IMG/VR virus record: IMGVR_UViG_3300029258_003221
Span: 62,001-126,000 of that record
Length of the DNA stretch: 64,000 nt
Strand: one strand, 5' to 3'
Shown here: positions 57,439-64,000 of the stretch, in pieces
Position numbering within the stretch: position 1 is the stretch's first letter
How the letters are laid out: each line of letters starts with the position of its first letter
The notes under the pieces: model-generated
Databases searched by the model: none
What the model was told of the DNA's origin: nothing
What the model saw: the letters and a program-made list of their open reading frames with translations, nothing else
Translations under genes and position numbers: made by a program

Positions 57439-58002
57439 ATGAGACTAGATCATATCGCTTTTCGTGTCAGCGACAGGCAAAAAGCTGCACAATTCTGGAT
57501 TGATGCTTTCGGATATAAAGTTCAAACCACATTTAAACCTAAATTTCCCGATGGAACTTCGCAAGGTGTAAAATGCATTGCCTTAGAACCACCAGAAAAA
57601 ATTGAAAATGCTCCATGGGATCATGTTATGCTTCCTGACAGAGACCTCATTGGAGTTCAGGAAGTTACTGAATATCACATGGCCCCTGAAATTTTCATCT
57701 CTGATGGTCCACCTGAATCCATTGTTGGCAAATGGGTTGCTGAACGTAATGGAACAGGTGGTATTCATCACATGGCTTACCAAGTTGATGATGTTCAGAA
57801 AACAATGGATTTGTGGATGGAAAAAGGGTGGGCAGAATTCCTAAGTAATAAACCACTCACCTGTCCCGGATTGACACAGGTGTTCACGAAACCAAATCAT
57901 CTTGGTGTCATCTTTGAATTTATCGAACGTGAAAAACACGGCTTCTGTGAAGACAACGTCGGGGCACTTATGGAATCAACAAAGGATATCAATGGAAGTT
58001 AA
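57439..58002 (+). CDS. VOC/glyoxalase-fold protein resembling the HPPD C-terminal domain
   Basis: LDHIA, GGIHHMAY, TQVFT, FEFIER..GF..N..AL.ES. Confidence 0.8.
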   Translation: MRLDHIAFRVSDRQKAAQFWIDAFGYKVQTTFKPKFPDGTSQGVKCIALEPPEKIENAPWDHVMLPDRDLIGVQEVTEYHMAPEIFISDGPPESIVGKWVAERNGTGGIHHMAYQVDDVQKTMDLWMEKGWAEFLSNKPLTCPGLTQVFTKPNHLGVIFEFIEREKHGFCEDNVGALMESTKDINGS

Positions 58003-58243
58003 ACAAGCAGCGACACTCGCTTTCAAAAACAGAGAAGCACTTGAAGAAGTTAATTTTTGTAGCTGTTACCAGTGTGCTAAAAAATTCACAATTGAAGACA
58101 TCAAAGAATGGACAGACGGAAATGTCACAGCCATCTGTCCGCATTGTGGAGTTGATTCTGTGTTGCCGGGAAACATAACAGATGAAACTCTTAAACAAAT
58201 GAAAGAGTATTGGTTTGGTAACGCAGATAAACAGAACGTTTAA
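57992..58243 (+). CDS. small zinc-ribbon protein
   Basis: CSCYQC...TAICPHCGVDSVL. Confidence 0.75.
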   Translation: MEVKQAATLAFKNREALEEVNFCSCYQCAKKFTIEDIKEWTDGNVTAICPHCGVDSVLPGNITDETLKQMKEYWFGNADKQNV

Positions 58244-58337
58244 GCTCAAAAGCTGAAGGGTTTCGCTTGTGATTGATTGCTATTTATGGTAAAAGAAGCG
58301 ATCAATCAATCTCAGGAGGTAAATGTTAAAAATCTGT

Positions 58338-58360
58338 GCCCGATTTGTCGGGCGTTTTTT
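58338..58360 (+). terminator. intrinsic terminator
   Basis: GCCCGA-TTTG-TCGGGC followed by TTTTTT. Confidence 0.6.
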
Positions 58361-58414
58361 ATTTGCTCTTGGAGATTTTTTTTACAAACATCAAACTGGA
58401 AAGGGATCATTCCA

Positions 58415-58795
58415 ATGAGTGACCACACAGAGCTGAAGCGACTTCAGGTTCAACTTTCAAGAGAAAGAGATAGCCTCGATTCAGTTAAAAAAGATATTAA
58501 TGAAGCCAAGCAAAAAATCTCACAACACGAAAACAGAATCAATTCACTCAAAAAGAACATATCAAGAATCACAGAGGGAGAGAAAAAAGTTATTGTCAGC
58601 GAACATGCCATTTTGAGATACTTCGAAAGAGTTCTGGGTTTTGACATTAATGACATCAAAAAATTTGTTCTCCCGGAAGATGTTCAAAAGGCAGTTATTG
58701 AACTTGGAGGAAAAGGGAGATTCCCTGTTAAAAACCAAAATGGAAAACAACACACCTTGATTATTGAAAATCATGTTGTTAAAAGTGTGACATAA
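58415..58795 (+). CDS. coiled coil plus a putative RelE/BECR-fold domain
   Basis: VSEHAILRYFER...VVKSV. Confidence 0.55.
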   Translation: MSDHTELKRLQVQLSRERDSLDSVKKDINEAKQKISQHENRINSLKKNISRITEGEKKVIVSEHAILRYFERVLGFDINDIKKFVLPEDVQKAVIELGGKGRFPVKNQNGKQHTLIIENHVVKSVT

Positions 58796-59068
58796 GTGTT
58801 CTGCAAACTATTTACAGCAATCAAAAACATGATTACAATCCCATGTGATTACCGTCACCCACAAGGGACATACTGTAAAGATGGCCAAGTCCTGATTTAC
58901 GGTGAAATGGGCGGGCGACTTCCTGAAACAATTGTCTGCCCAAAGTGTCAAGGTGAAAACTATATTCAAACTGAAAGATCAATGATCGAAGAAATGATCA
59001 AAGATCTTGAAGAAGAAAGAGATGAAATTTCAGAAGAGATTGCCCGACTGAAATCTTATCTGACCTAG
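58796..59068 (+). CDS. small zinc-finger plus coiled-coil protein
   Basis: C...C..G...CPKCQG. Confidence 0.6.
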   Translation: MFCKLFTAIKNMITIPCDYRHPQGTYCKDGQVLIYGEMGGRLPETIVCPKCQGENYIQTERSMIEEMIKDLEEERDEISEEIARLKSYLT

Positions 59069-59079
59069 AATGGATTCAA

Positions 59080-59328
59080 ATGTGTCTTGGGAATTGTTTG
59101 TGTTGGTCAGTGATTATGTGGTTTATCCACGGTGGAAAGATCATGACCACTGAGCATGAACTGGGAGAACAAGGTAGGAACATACGACATTTTGTCCTCA
59201 AAGATCGAACAGGAAAGTTGAGACACTTCAAGAGAGTGTTTGACTTCCTACCTCCACCTTTGTGTTACCTTGTCTTCATCGGGAAATTTGAAACGTCTGG
59301 GAACAAAGGCCGAAAGAGACATGTTTAA
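59080..59328 (+). CDS. hypothetical protein
   Basis: Operonic ORF. Confidence 0.55.
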   Translation: MCLGNCLCWSVIMWFIHGGKIMTTEHELGEQGRNIRHFVLKDRTGKLRHFKRVFDFLPPPLCYLVFIGKFETSGNKGRKRHV

Positions 59329-59560
59329 TCTGAAACCAACTGATCTTGTAGAAGATCGTCGAATAAAGAAGGTCTTCCCAAAAGTTGGTGACACAGAGAG
59401 ATACTCTGGTATTTTCGGTGAGGTCATTAAAGTCACCAAAACAGGATTCAGAGTTCAGTGGTTTGATGATTATGAAATGGGATACAGTTGGGGGGTTTTT
59501 GGCAATGATGCCATAGCAAAGGTTGAAGCACGAAGAAGGGCGAGTAGCTCAGTTGGTTAG
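59321..59560 (+). CDS. small SH3-like hypothetical protein whose 3' end overlaps the tRNA
   Basis: KVGD..GEVIKV..RVQW; TAG stop lies in the tRNA D-arm. Confidence 0.55.
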   Translation: MFNLKPTDLVEDRRIKKVFPKVGDTERYSGIFGEVIKVTKTGFRVQWFDDYEMGYSWGVFGNDAIAKVEARRRASSSVG

Positions 59561-59851
59561 AGCAGAGAACTTAAAGGAAAAAAGATCTAAACATCTTTTT
59601 GTATGATCTTTTTTCGTTGGGTTGCCTTTGGTTTTCAATTGGAGACCTTTGGTAGAATTCGTCAAATTCGGGGAAGGCTAAACTCAAATGAGCATGCTAA
59701 TCCCGAGCCAAGCCCGAAAGGGAAGGTGTAGAGGCCAGACGGCGAACCCGAAAGGGAAGGGATGGTCCAGACTACAAACCCGAAAGGGGCAGCGAAAGCT
59801 GTAGTAGTAAGCATAATTCTTTGGTCGGGGGTTCGAGTCCCTCCTCGCCCA
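59538..59851 (+). tRNA. tRNA with CAT anticodon (Ile2 or elongator Met), intron-split; exons 59538-59571 and 59812-59851
   Basis: Acceptor GGGCGAG/CTCGCCC, D-arm GCTC/GAGC, anticodon arm GAGAA-CT|CATAA-TTCTT, T-loop TTCGAGT, discriminator A, no encoded CCA. Confidence 0.92.
59572..59811 (+). ncRNA. 240-nt group I self-splicing intron (IC3-like, no ORF)
   Basis: Follows U33 and ends in G; P (AAATTCGGGGA), Q (AATCCCGAG), R (TAGAGGCCA), S (AAGGGATGGTCC); GAAA tetraloop hairpins; guide GGTT pairs with exon AACT. Confidence 0.9.
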
Positions 59852-59915
59852 TTTTGGACTTGATATTGCAAAATCAACAAAGTAAACTTTGGCTTTACAA
59901 TTGAAAGGAGTCAAC

Positions 59916-60014
59916 ATGTGGAGTTTGGAAATCCTCATTGCTTTGAATGAAAAGCAAGCAAGAAAAGAACAAGAAAAGAAACGCAAAGAAGAGAAGAAAC
60001 AAGCAGTTGCCTGA
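59916..60014 (+). CDS. 32-aa charged peptide MWSLEILIALNEKQARKEQEKKRKEEKKQAVA
   Basis: GAAAGGAG RBS; TTGATA-17 nt-TAAACT upstream; not in the ORF track. Confidence 0.6.
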   Translation: MWSLEILIALNEKQARKEQEKKRKEEKKQAVA

Positions 60015-60025
60015 AAGGAATTAAA

Positions 60026-60583
60026 ATGAACACCGCTCTTGCAATAATCGTGAGTGGGTGGATAGGGCAATTTCCTGTCTACGAATACTGCCCTCCTGTC
60101 ATTGTGTGTCCTCCCGTTGTTGAAACCATACCGCCAGCTCCAGAAATTCGGTGGCGTTTTCATATGAAGAAAAGTGATGTCTTTGAAGCAACAAAAATTG
60201 ACATCATCACCCCTCATGGAGAAGTCTATCAAGATGTTTGGGTGCTCAATGGATACCTCCCCCAAATCACCACCGAAAAAGACAAATGGGGAAGACCAAA
60301 AGTAAGACACTTTTGGTATGGAGCAAAAAGAAAACACAACGGAAAGAAAGTGGTTAGGTATTATCACGCCAAAGAACAAAGCATTGTCCGTGATTATCCA
60401 AAGCCTGACAGTTTCGCACCCGCACCATCACGTGACACAAGTTCCAGAAAAGCTCCACCTGTGGAAAGGGATTTGCCCCCATTGCCACCAGAACACAGGC
60501 CAGCACCAGCATTGATTCTTCCTTCTGAAGAACAAGTTCCGTCCGAAGATGATTCTCACCTGTTTCGTGACTTAGACGAATAA
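60026..60583 (+). CDS. Pro-rich hypothetical protein, probably exported
   Basis: AAGGA RBS; short hydrophobic leader. Confidence 0.65.
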   Translation: MNTALAIIVSGWIGQFPVYEYCPPVIVCPPVVETIPPAPEIRWRFHMKKSDVFEATKIDIITPHGEVYQDVWVLNGYLPQITTEKDKWGRPKVRHFWYGAKRKHNGKKVVRYYHAKEQSIVRDYPKPDSFAPAPSRDTSSRKAPPVERDLPPLPPEHRPAPALILPSEEQVPSEDDSHLFRDLDE

Positions 60584-60614
60584 TCCTCTTTCGAACCATT
60601 AATGGAGTAATCAA

Positions 60615-61070
60615 ATGTCCATAGAAAGAAAAATGGACTTTTACTTTGGTGGCCTTCTTGTGTTTATAGCGATCAACATGTTTGTGGTTGGTTGTGGTAC
60701 GCCACCTGAAGAAAATGGCAAAGTCCCATTGAATCGTGTGAGTTTCAAGCTTGAAATTTCACCTGAGAACCATTCAGGATGGGTTGCTTTTAGAAATTTC
60801 AAAGTAAATCCAGAAGGTGTCCTCTTTGTTAAAAATGACGCTATTCTGAATATCGATTTACAAGAGAAATCTCTTCTTGTTGAAAAGACAGAGGAAGGTT
60901 TGAATGTTTATGTCCCCAATGAATATGACATGAGATGGGGGCAAGTAGAAGAAAATCAAGAACTCACTGAATACACAAAAGTTACAGGATACCATGAAGT
61001 TAAAGCTAGTCAGAATGGAATTGATCAAGCACGACGTGAAGGTATCATCGATCAACTCGTCAACTTTTAA
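60615..61070 (+). CDS. putative lipoprotein, paralog 1
   Basis: Lipobox-like VVGC; C-terminal GIDQARREG. Confidence 0.7.
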   Translation: MSIERKMDFYFGGLLVFIAINMFVVGCGTPPEENGKVPLNRVSFKLEISPENHSGWVAFRNFKVNPEGVLFVKNDAILNIDLQEKSLLVEKTEEGLNVYVPNEYDMRWGQVEENQELTEYTKVTGYHEVKASQNGIDQARREGIIDQLVNF

Positions 61071-61091
61071 GCTTCACAAAGGAGTGAACCT

Positions 61092-61601
61092 ATGAAAAAA
61101 CTTTTAGAAAACATCCTTGAAATGTCAACGGATGCAATCGTTGTTTTGATGCCTCTGTCAGTGGTGATAGCAACAACTGTATGTTCTGGTTGTGCCGTTG
61201 AAGGAATTCAAGCACCTCTCGATCAGGTTATTTACACAGCAAAAAATGCACCCGATGGATATGAAGGGTGGATGGAAGGCACGTGTTTCAAAGCAAGCAA
61301 CCAAGGGGTTTTTTGTGTTGAGAAATCAGCGACCATTCATCCTTTCTCAGAAGACTTTAAAGCACCTGTCTTTGTAAGAAAAATAGGTGATGAATTTGGT
61401 ACACTTCAAGTCTTTAGTCCACAGGAAGCACACAATGTTACTTGGGTTGCTAGTGGGCATTTAACTGAAGATTCGCATGTTGGCGTTTCGGAATATACCA
61501 AAGTTGACATGGAAGCCAAAGGACTGGATCAAGCTATGAGAGAAGGCATCACAGAAACAGAATTGGCCTCTCTTGAACTTATTCAGGAGAAGAATCAGTG
61601 A
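61092..61601 (+). CDS. putative lipoprotein, paralog 2
   Basis: CSGC; C-terminal GLDQAMREG. Confidence 0.7.
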   Translation: MKKLLENILEMSTDAIVVLMPLSVVIATTVCSGCAVEGIQAPLDQVIYTAKNAPDGYEGWMEGTCFKASNQGVFCVEKSATIHPFSEDFKAPVFVRKIGDEFGTLQVFSPQEAHNVTWVASGHLTEDSHVGVSEYTKVDMEAKGLDQAMREGITETELASLELIQEKNQ

Positions 61602-62179
61602 TTGAAAAAACAATTTCATTGATCCCCAAAGTAATTATAGCATTCGTCTGCATTGCATTATTTGTATTTTGTTCTCTTTGTTTTGCTGCATTTTTTAATG
61701 CTCTTTTTAATGCTCTTTTTACACCTCGTGGTGGAGTCAATGTAGAAAATAAAATCTACAAAGAGCCATGGATTAAAAAGATCATGCACTCTGAAGAAGA
61801 AGACCAAGGTTGGACTCATTTAAGTGCGTTTTGTGCCAGCAAATTCAATGAACTGATCGTTGATGAAACTAAGTTCTTCTTTGAAAAACGTGGAGAAGAC
61901 AATGTTTTGATTTACAAAGAAGATGGCAAATATAAAATCATCATGCCATCAAATCTTGAAAATCATCAATGGACCAGTTATGAAAAAGTTAACAACTTCT
62001 CAAATGCAAAATTTGATCCCGTTGTAGCTTTGCATTGCTCTATTTTGAATGAGGCTGAATTGGATCGAGCCTTTAAGGAAGGATTGAAAGCATCGGAGAT
62101 CATTTCATCTGAAGTGAACCTTGCCCAGAGATATGTGTCTGATCAAACACTGGCTTTAATTCAACATACAGGAGATTAG
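61598..62179 (+). CDS. membrane-anchored protein, paralog 3
   Basis: N-terminal transmembrane helix; ELDRAFKEG. Confidence 0.65.
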   Translation: MIEKTISLIPKVIIAFVCIALFVFCSLCFAAFFNALFNALFTPRGGVNVENKIYKEPWIKKIMHSEEEDQGWTHLSAFCASKFNELIVDETKFFFEKRGEDNVLIYKEDGKYKIIMPSNLENHQWTSYEKVNNFSNAKFDPVVALHCSILNEAELDRAFKEGLKASEIISSEVNLAQRYVSDQTLALIQHTGD

Positions 62180-62184
62180 AAAAA

Positions 62185-62823
62185 ATGAAACGACGTGATG
62201 CACTCAAAACATTGGGATTTTTTCCTCTGGCTGGAAGCCCTCTAGCGGCCCTCGGCCAAACCTCGTCTATTAACGAAGACCCCAAGCCAAAGTCGATTTG
62301 GGATTATCAGGTCAAACACTTCCTGATCGATGCCCACCATGAATTCCTCTTCATCAAACACAATGACAGCAAAGCCGTTGCCTTCCTTGAAGAAGATACC
62401 GGTGACCTGATTGTGGCTCGAAATCGAGACAAACTCTCTGAATGCAGACCTGAACGATTCTCTCCAAAAGAAGCCAGAATCGTCAAAGAAAATGAGACAA
62501 TGCTCCTGCACCTTGAACAAGGGTCTTATTCTGTCTCAATTGGCCGATCTGAACTCGCCCTCCCAAGAGTTGAATACCGCAAGATCAATGACCAATACTT
62601 CTGGCGGTTGACAATAAACAGAGCAGGAGTGGAATTCGAACCTTGTGAAATCCCAGAGTTTGCACATATCTCCTACAAAGGGCCTTCCTACGGAACCCGT
62701 GAATACAATGAGTGGGGGTTTAATTTCACAAACCACAAAACAACCAGAAATCTTCCCTTCGAACTTCAGGTTTGTCAGGGGCATTTACCACGTGATAAAT
62801 TTTTTCATAATCTACCCATTTAA
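62185..62823 (+). CDS. protein with twin-arginine (Tat)-like leader
   Basis: MKRRDALKTLG...PLAALG. Confidence 0.65.
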   Translation: MKRRDALKTLGFFPLAGSPLAALGQTSSINEDPKPKSIWDYQVKHFLIDAHHEFLFIKHNDSKAVAFLEEDTGDLIVARNRDKLSECRPERFSPKEARIVKENETMLLHLEQGSYSVSIGRSELALPRVEYRKINDQYFWRLTINRAGVEFEPCEIPEFAHISYKGPSYGTREYNEWGFNFTNHKTTRNLPFELQVCQGHLPRDKFFHNLPI

Positions 62824-62835
62824 AGGATTGGAATA

Positions 62836-64000
62836 ATGAATTTAATTGAACTACTTTCGGTTGGAGGTGTACTTTACTTTACCAATCAGGCAATGAATTC
62901 TTACTTTGCTTCTCGTGGCAAAAATATATCTAAACGTCCTGAATTTTCTGAAAGCCAAAAGAACGAATACCTACAAGCCATTGGCAGAAATCGACGACCG
63001 CTGACCGAAAAGGAAAAGAAGTCCCTCGACAATCTGAAAAGCATGTGGGAAAAAGAGATGAAGGATCATCTTGCTGCTCCCCAATACCCAACAACACAAT
63101 CATTCCAATTCCAACTCAGCTCAGAACATTTAACAGAGAAAATTAACGCCTTCAGAAATCGTTACAAGACCACTGAAAACTATACCCATGGCGTTCTTCC
63201 CGGCACTGTCGAAGAGAAGTGTTCTCCTTTTTCTCTAACCAGAGAAGAGAGAGACTCCGGGATCGTTGAAATCTGGAGGAACAAGGAAGGACAATACCAC
63301 CGAGAAGATGGTCCTGCGGTCATCTATGCCAGTGGAGCAGAAGAATGGTATTGGGAAGACAAATTCACACCCGGTCCTACAGAAAGACATGACAACAAAC
63401 TCGTCTGGAGAGACGACAAAGGCGATTGTCATCGAGAATATGGTCCCGCCATTCTCTACAAGAATGGGAAGAGAACTTGGTGCCAGAACGGTGAATTTCA
63501 TCGGGTAGATGGTCCTGCTATCATTCACAGAGATAGATCGGAAGAATGGTGGTGGGAAGGCACACGAACTCCTGCTCCAGAAACTAAAGATTCCGCTCTA
63601 GTTTGGAAAGACGCCAATGGTGATTATCACCGAAACCATGGACCTGCTATCATTTCCAAAGATGGAAATCTTAGATGGTATAAACACGGAAAACGCCATC
63701 GTGTGAATGGACCTGCTGTTGTTTACTCCAGTGGAATTGAATTTTGGTATTGGGAAGGCAATAAAACGCCTGCTCCCATTCGTGAAAATAATCGCTACAT
63801 TTGGGAAAATGAAAACGGTCAATTCCATCGTGAACATGGGCCTGCTATTGTTTACAACAATGGCAAATTAGTTTGGTATAAAAACAACAAACGTCATCGG
63901 GTAGATGGACCTGCTGTTATTTATGCCGATGGCGAAGAAAAATGGTATTGGGAAGGTAATCAAACCCCTACTCCTGTTCGTGAAGGTAATCGTTACGTCT
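62836..64000 (+). CDS. partial HRxDGPA-repeat (MORN/YwqK-like) protein, truncated by the window end
   Basis: Open frame from ATG62836 to the end with seven HRxxGPA repeats; missing from the ORF track because it has no stop. Confidence 0.85.
   Translation, partial: MNLIELLSVGGVLYFTNQAMNSYFASRGKNISKRPEFSESQKNEYLQAIGRNRRPLTEKEKKSLDNLKSMWEKEMKDHLAAPQYPTTQSFQFQLSSEHLTEKINAFRNRYKTTENYTHGVLPGTVEEKCSPFSLTREERDSGIVEIWRNKEGQYHREDGPAVIYASGAEEWYWEDKFTPGPTERHDNKLVWRDDKGDCHREYGPAILYKNGKRTWCQNGEFHRVDGPAIIHRDRSEEWWWEGTRTPAPETKDSALVWKDANGDYHRNHGPAIISKDGNLRWYKHGKRHRVNGPAVVYSSGIEFWYWEGNKTPAPIRENNRYIWENENGQFHREHGPAIVYNNGKLVWYKNNKRHRVDGPAVIYADGEEKWYWEGNQTPTPVREGNRYV

Noticed and set aside
58245-58335. Hairpin TTGATTGCT/AGCGATCAA and a minus-strand CATAAATA
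   Set aside because: Single modest stem with no convincing associated ORF; insufficient support
59538-59851. Initiator tRNA-fMet
   Set aside because: G1-C72 is paired and the anticodon stem lacks three consecutive G-C pairs
59662-60379. Minus-strand ORFs of 72 and 231 aa
   Set aside because: Antisense to the intron, tRNA exon 2 and RBS-supported plus-strand genes
63235-63837. Short ORFs listed in the track near the window end
   Set aside because: Shadows of the unlisted open frame starting at 62836
1-64000. Alternative genetic code (stop-codon reassignment)
   Set aside because: Long intact ORFs tile the window under code 11, and TAA, TAG and TGA all end genes at sensible boundaries
62836-64000. 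Diversity-generating retroelement target
   Set aside because: No reverse transcriptase or adenine-specific template/variable repeat pair seen in this window

Overview
AT-rich, gene-dense 64-kb segment of a large T4-superfamily-like (jumbo, contractile-tailed) phage read in the standard bacterial code. A Planctomycetota-type host is a tentative inference. 1-18.7 kb: trypsin-like protease, GNAT, Cas4-like nuclease, DNA primase, an unannotated 37-aa metallothionein-like peptide, an intein-split volactin-type actin, a GT2/GT9 glycosyltransferase cluster, an aldehyde dehydrogenase, and HNH and GIY-YIG endonucleases. 18.7-45 kb (mostly minus strand): tail/baseplate module with three paralogous PKD proteins, gp7/gp6/gp25/gp5/hub/gp53/tube-initiator, tape measure and gp2 end protector. 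45-54 kb: nucleotide/RNA-end-processing enzymes (CCA-type nucleotidyltransferase with altered catalytic residues, ART-like protein, HAD phosphatase, N4BP2-like kinase, His phosphatase). 54-64 kb (plus strand): small probable early genes, many exported, plus a promoter-proximal structured RNA and a CAU-anticodon tRNA split by a 240-nt group I intron. Best candidate new system: unrelated enzymes share a T4 capsid-targeting-like N-terminal tag and sit behind a TATAAATA-like late motif, suggesting an enzyme payload packaged in the head and injected. All family assignments come from motif recognition by eye; no searches were run.
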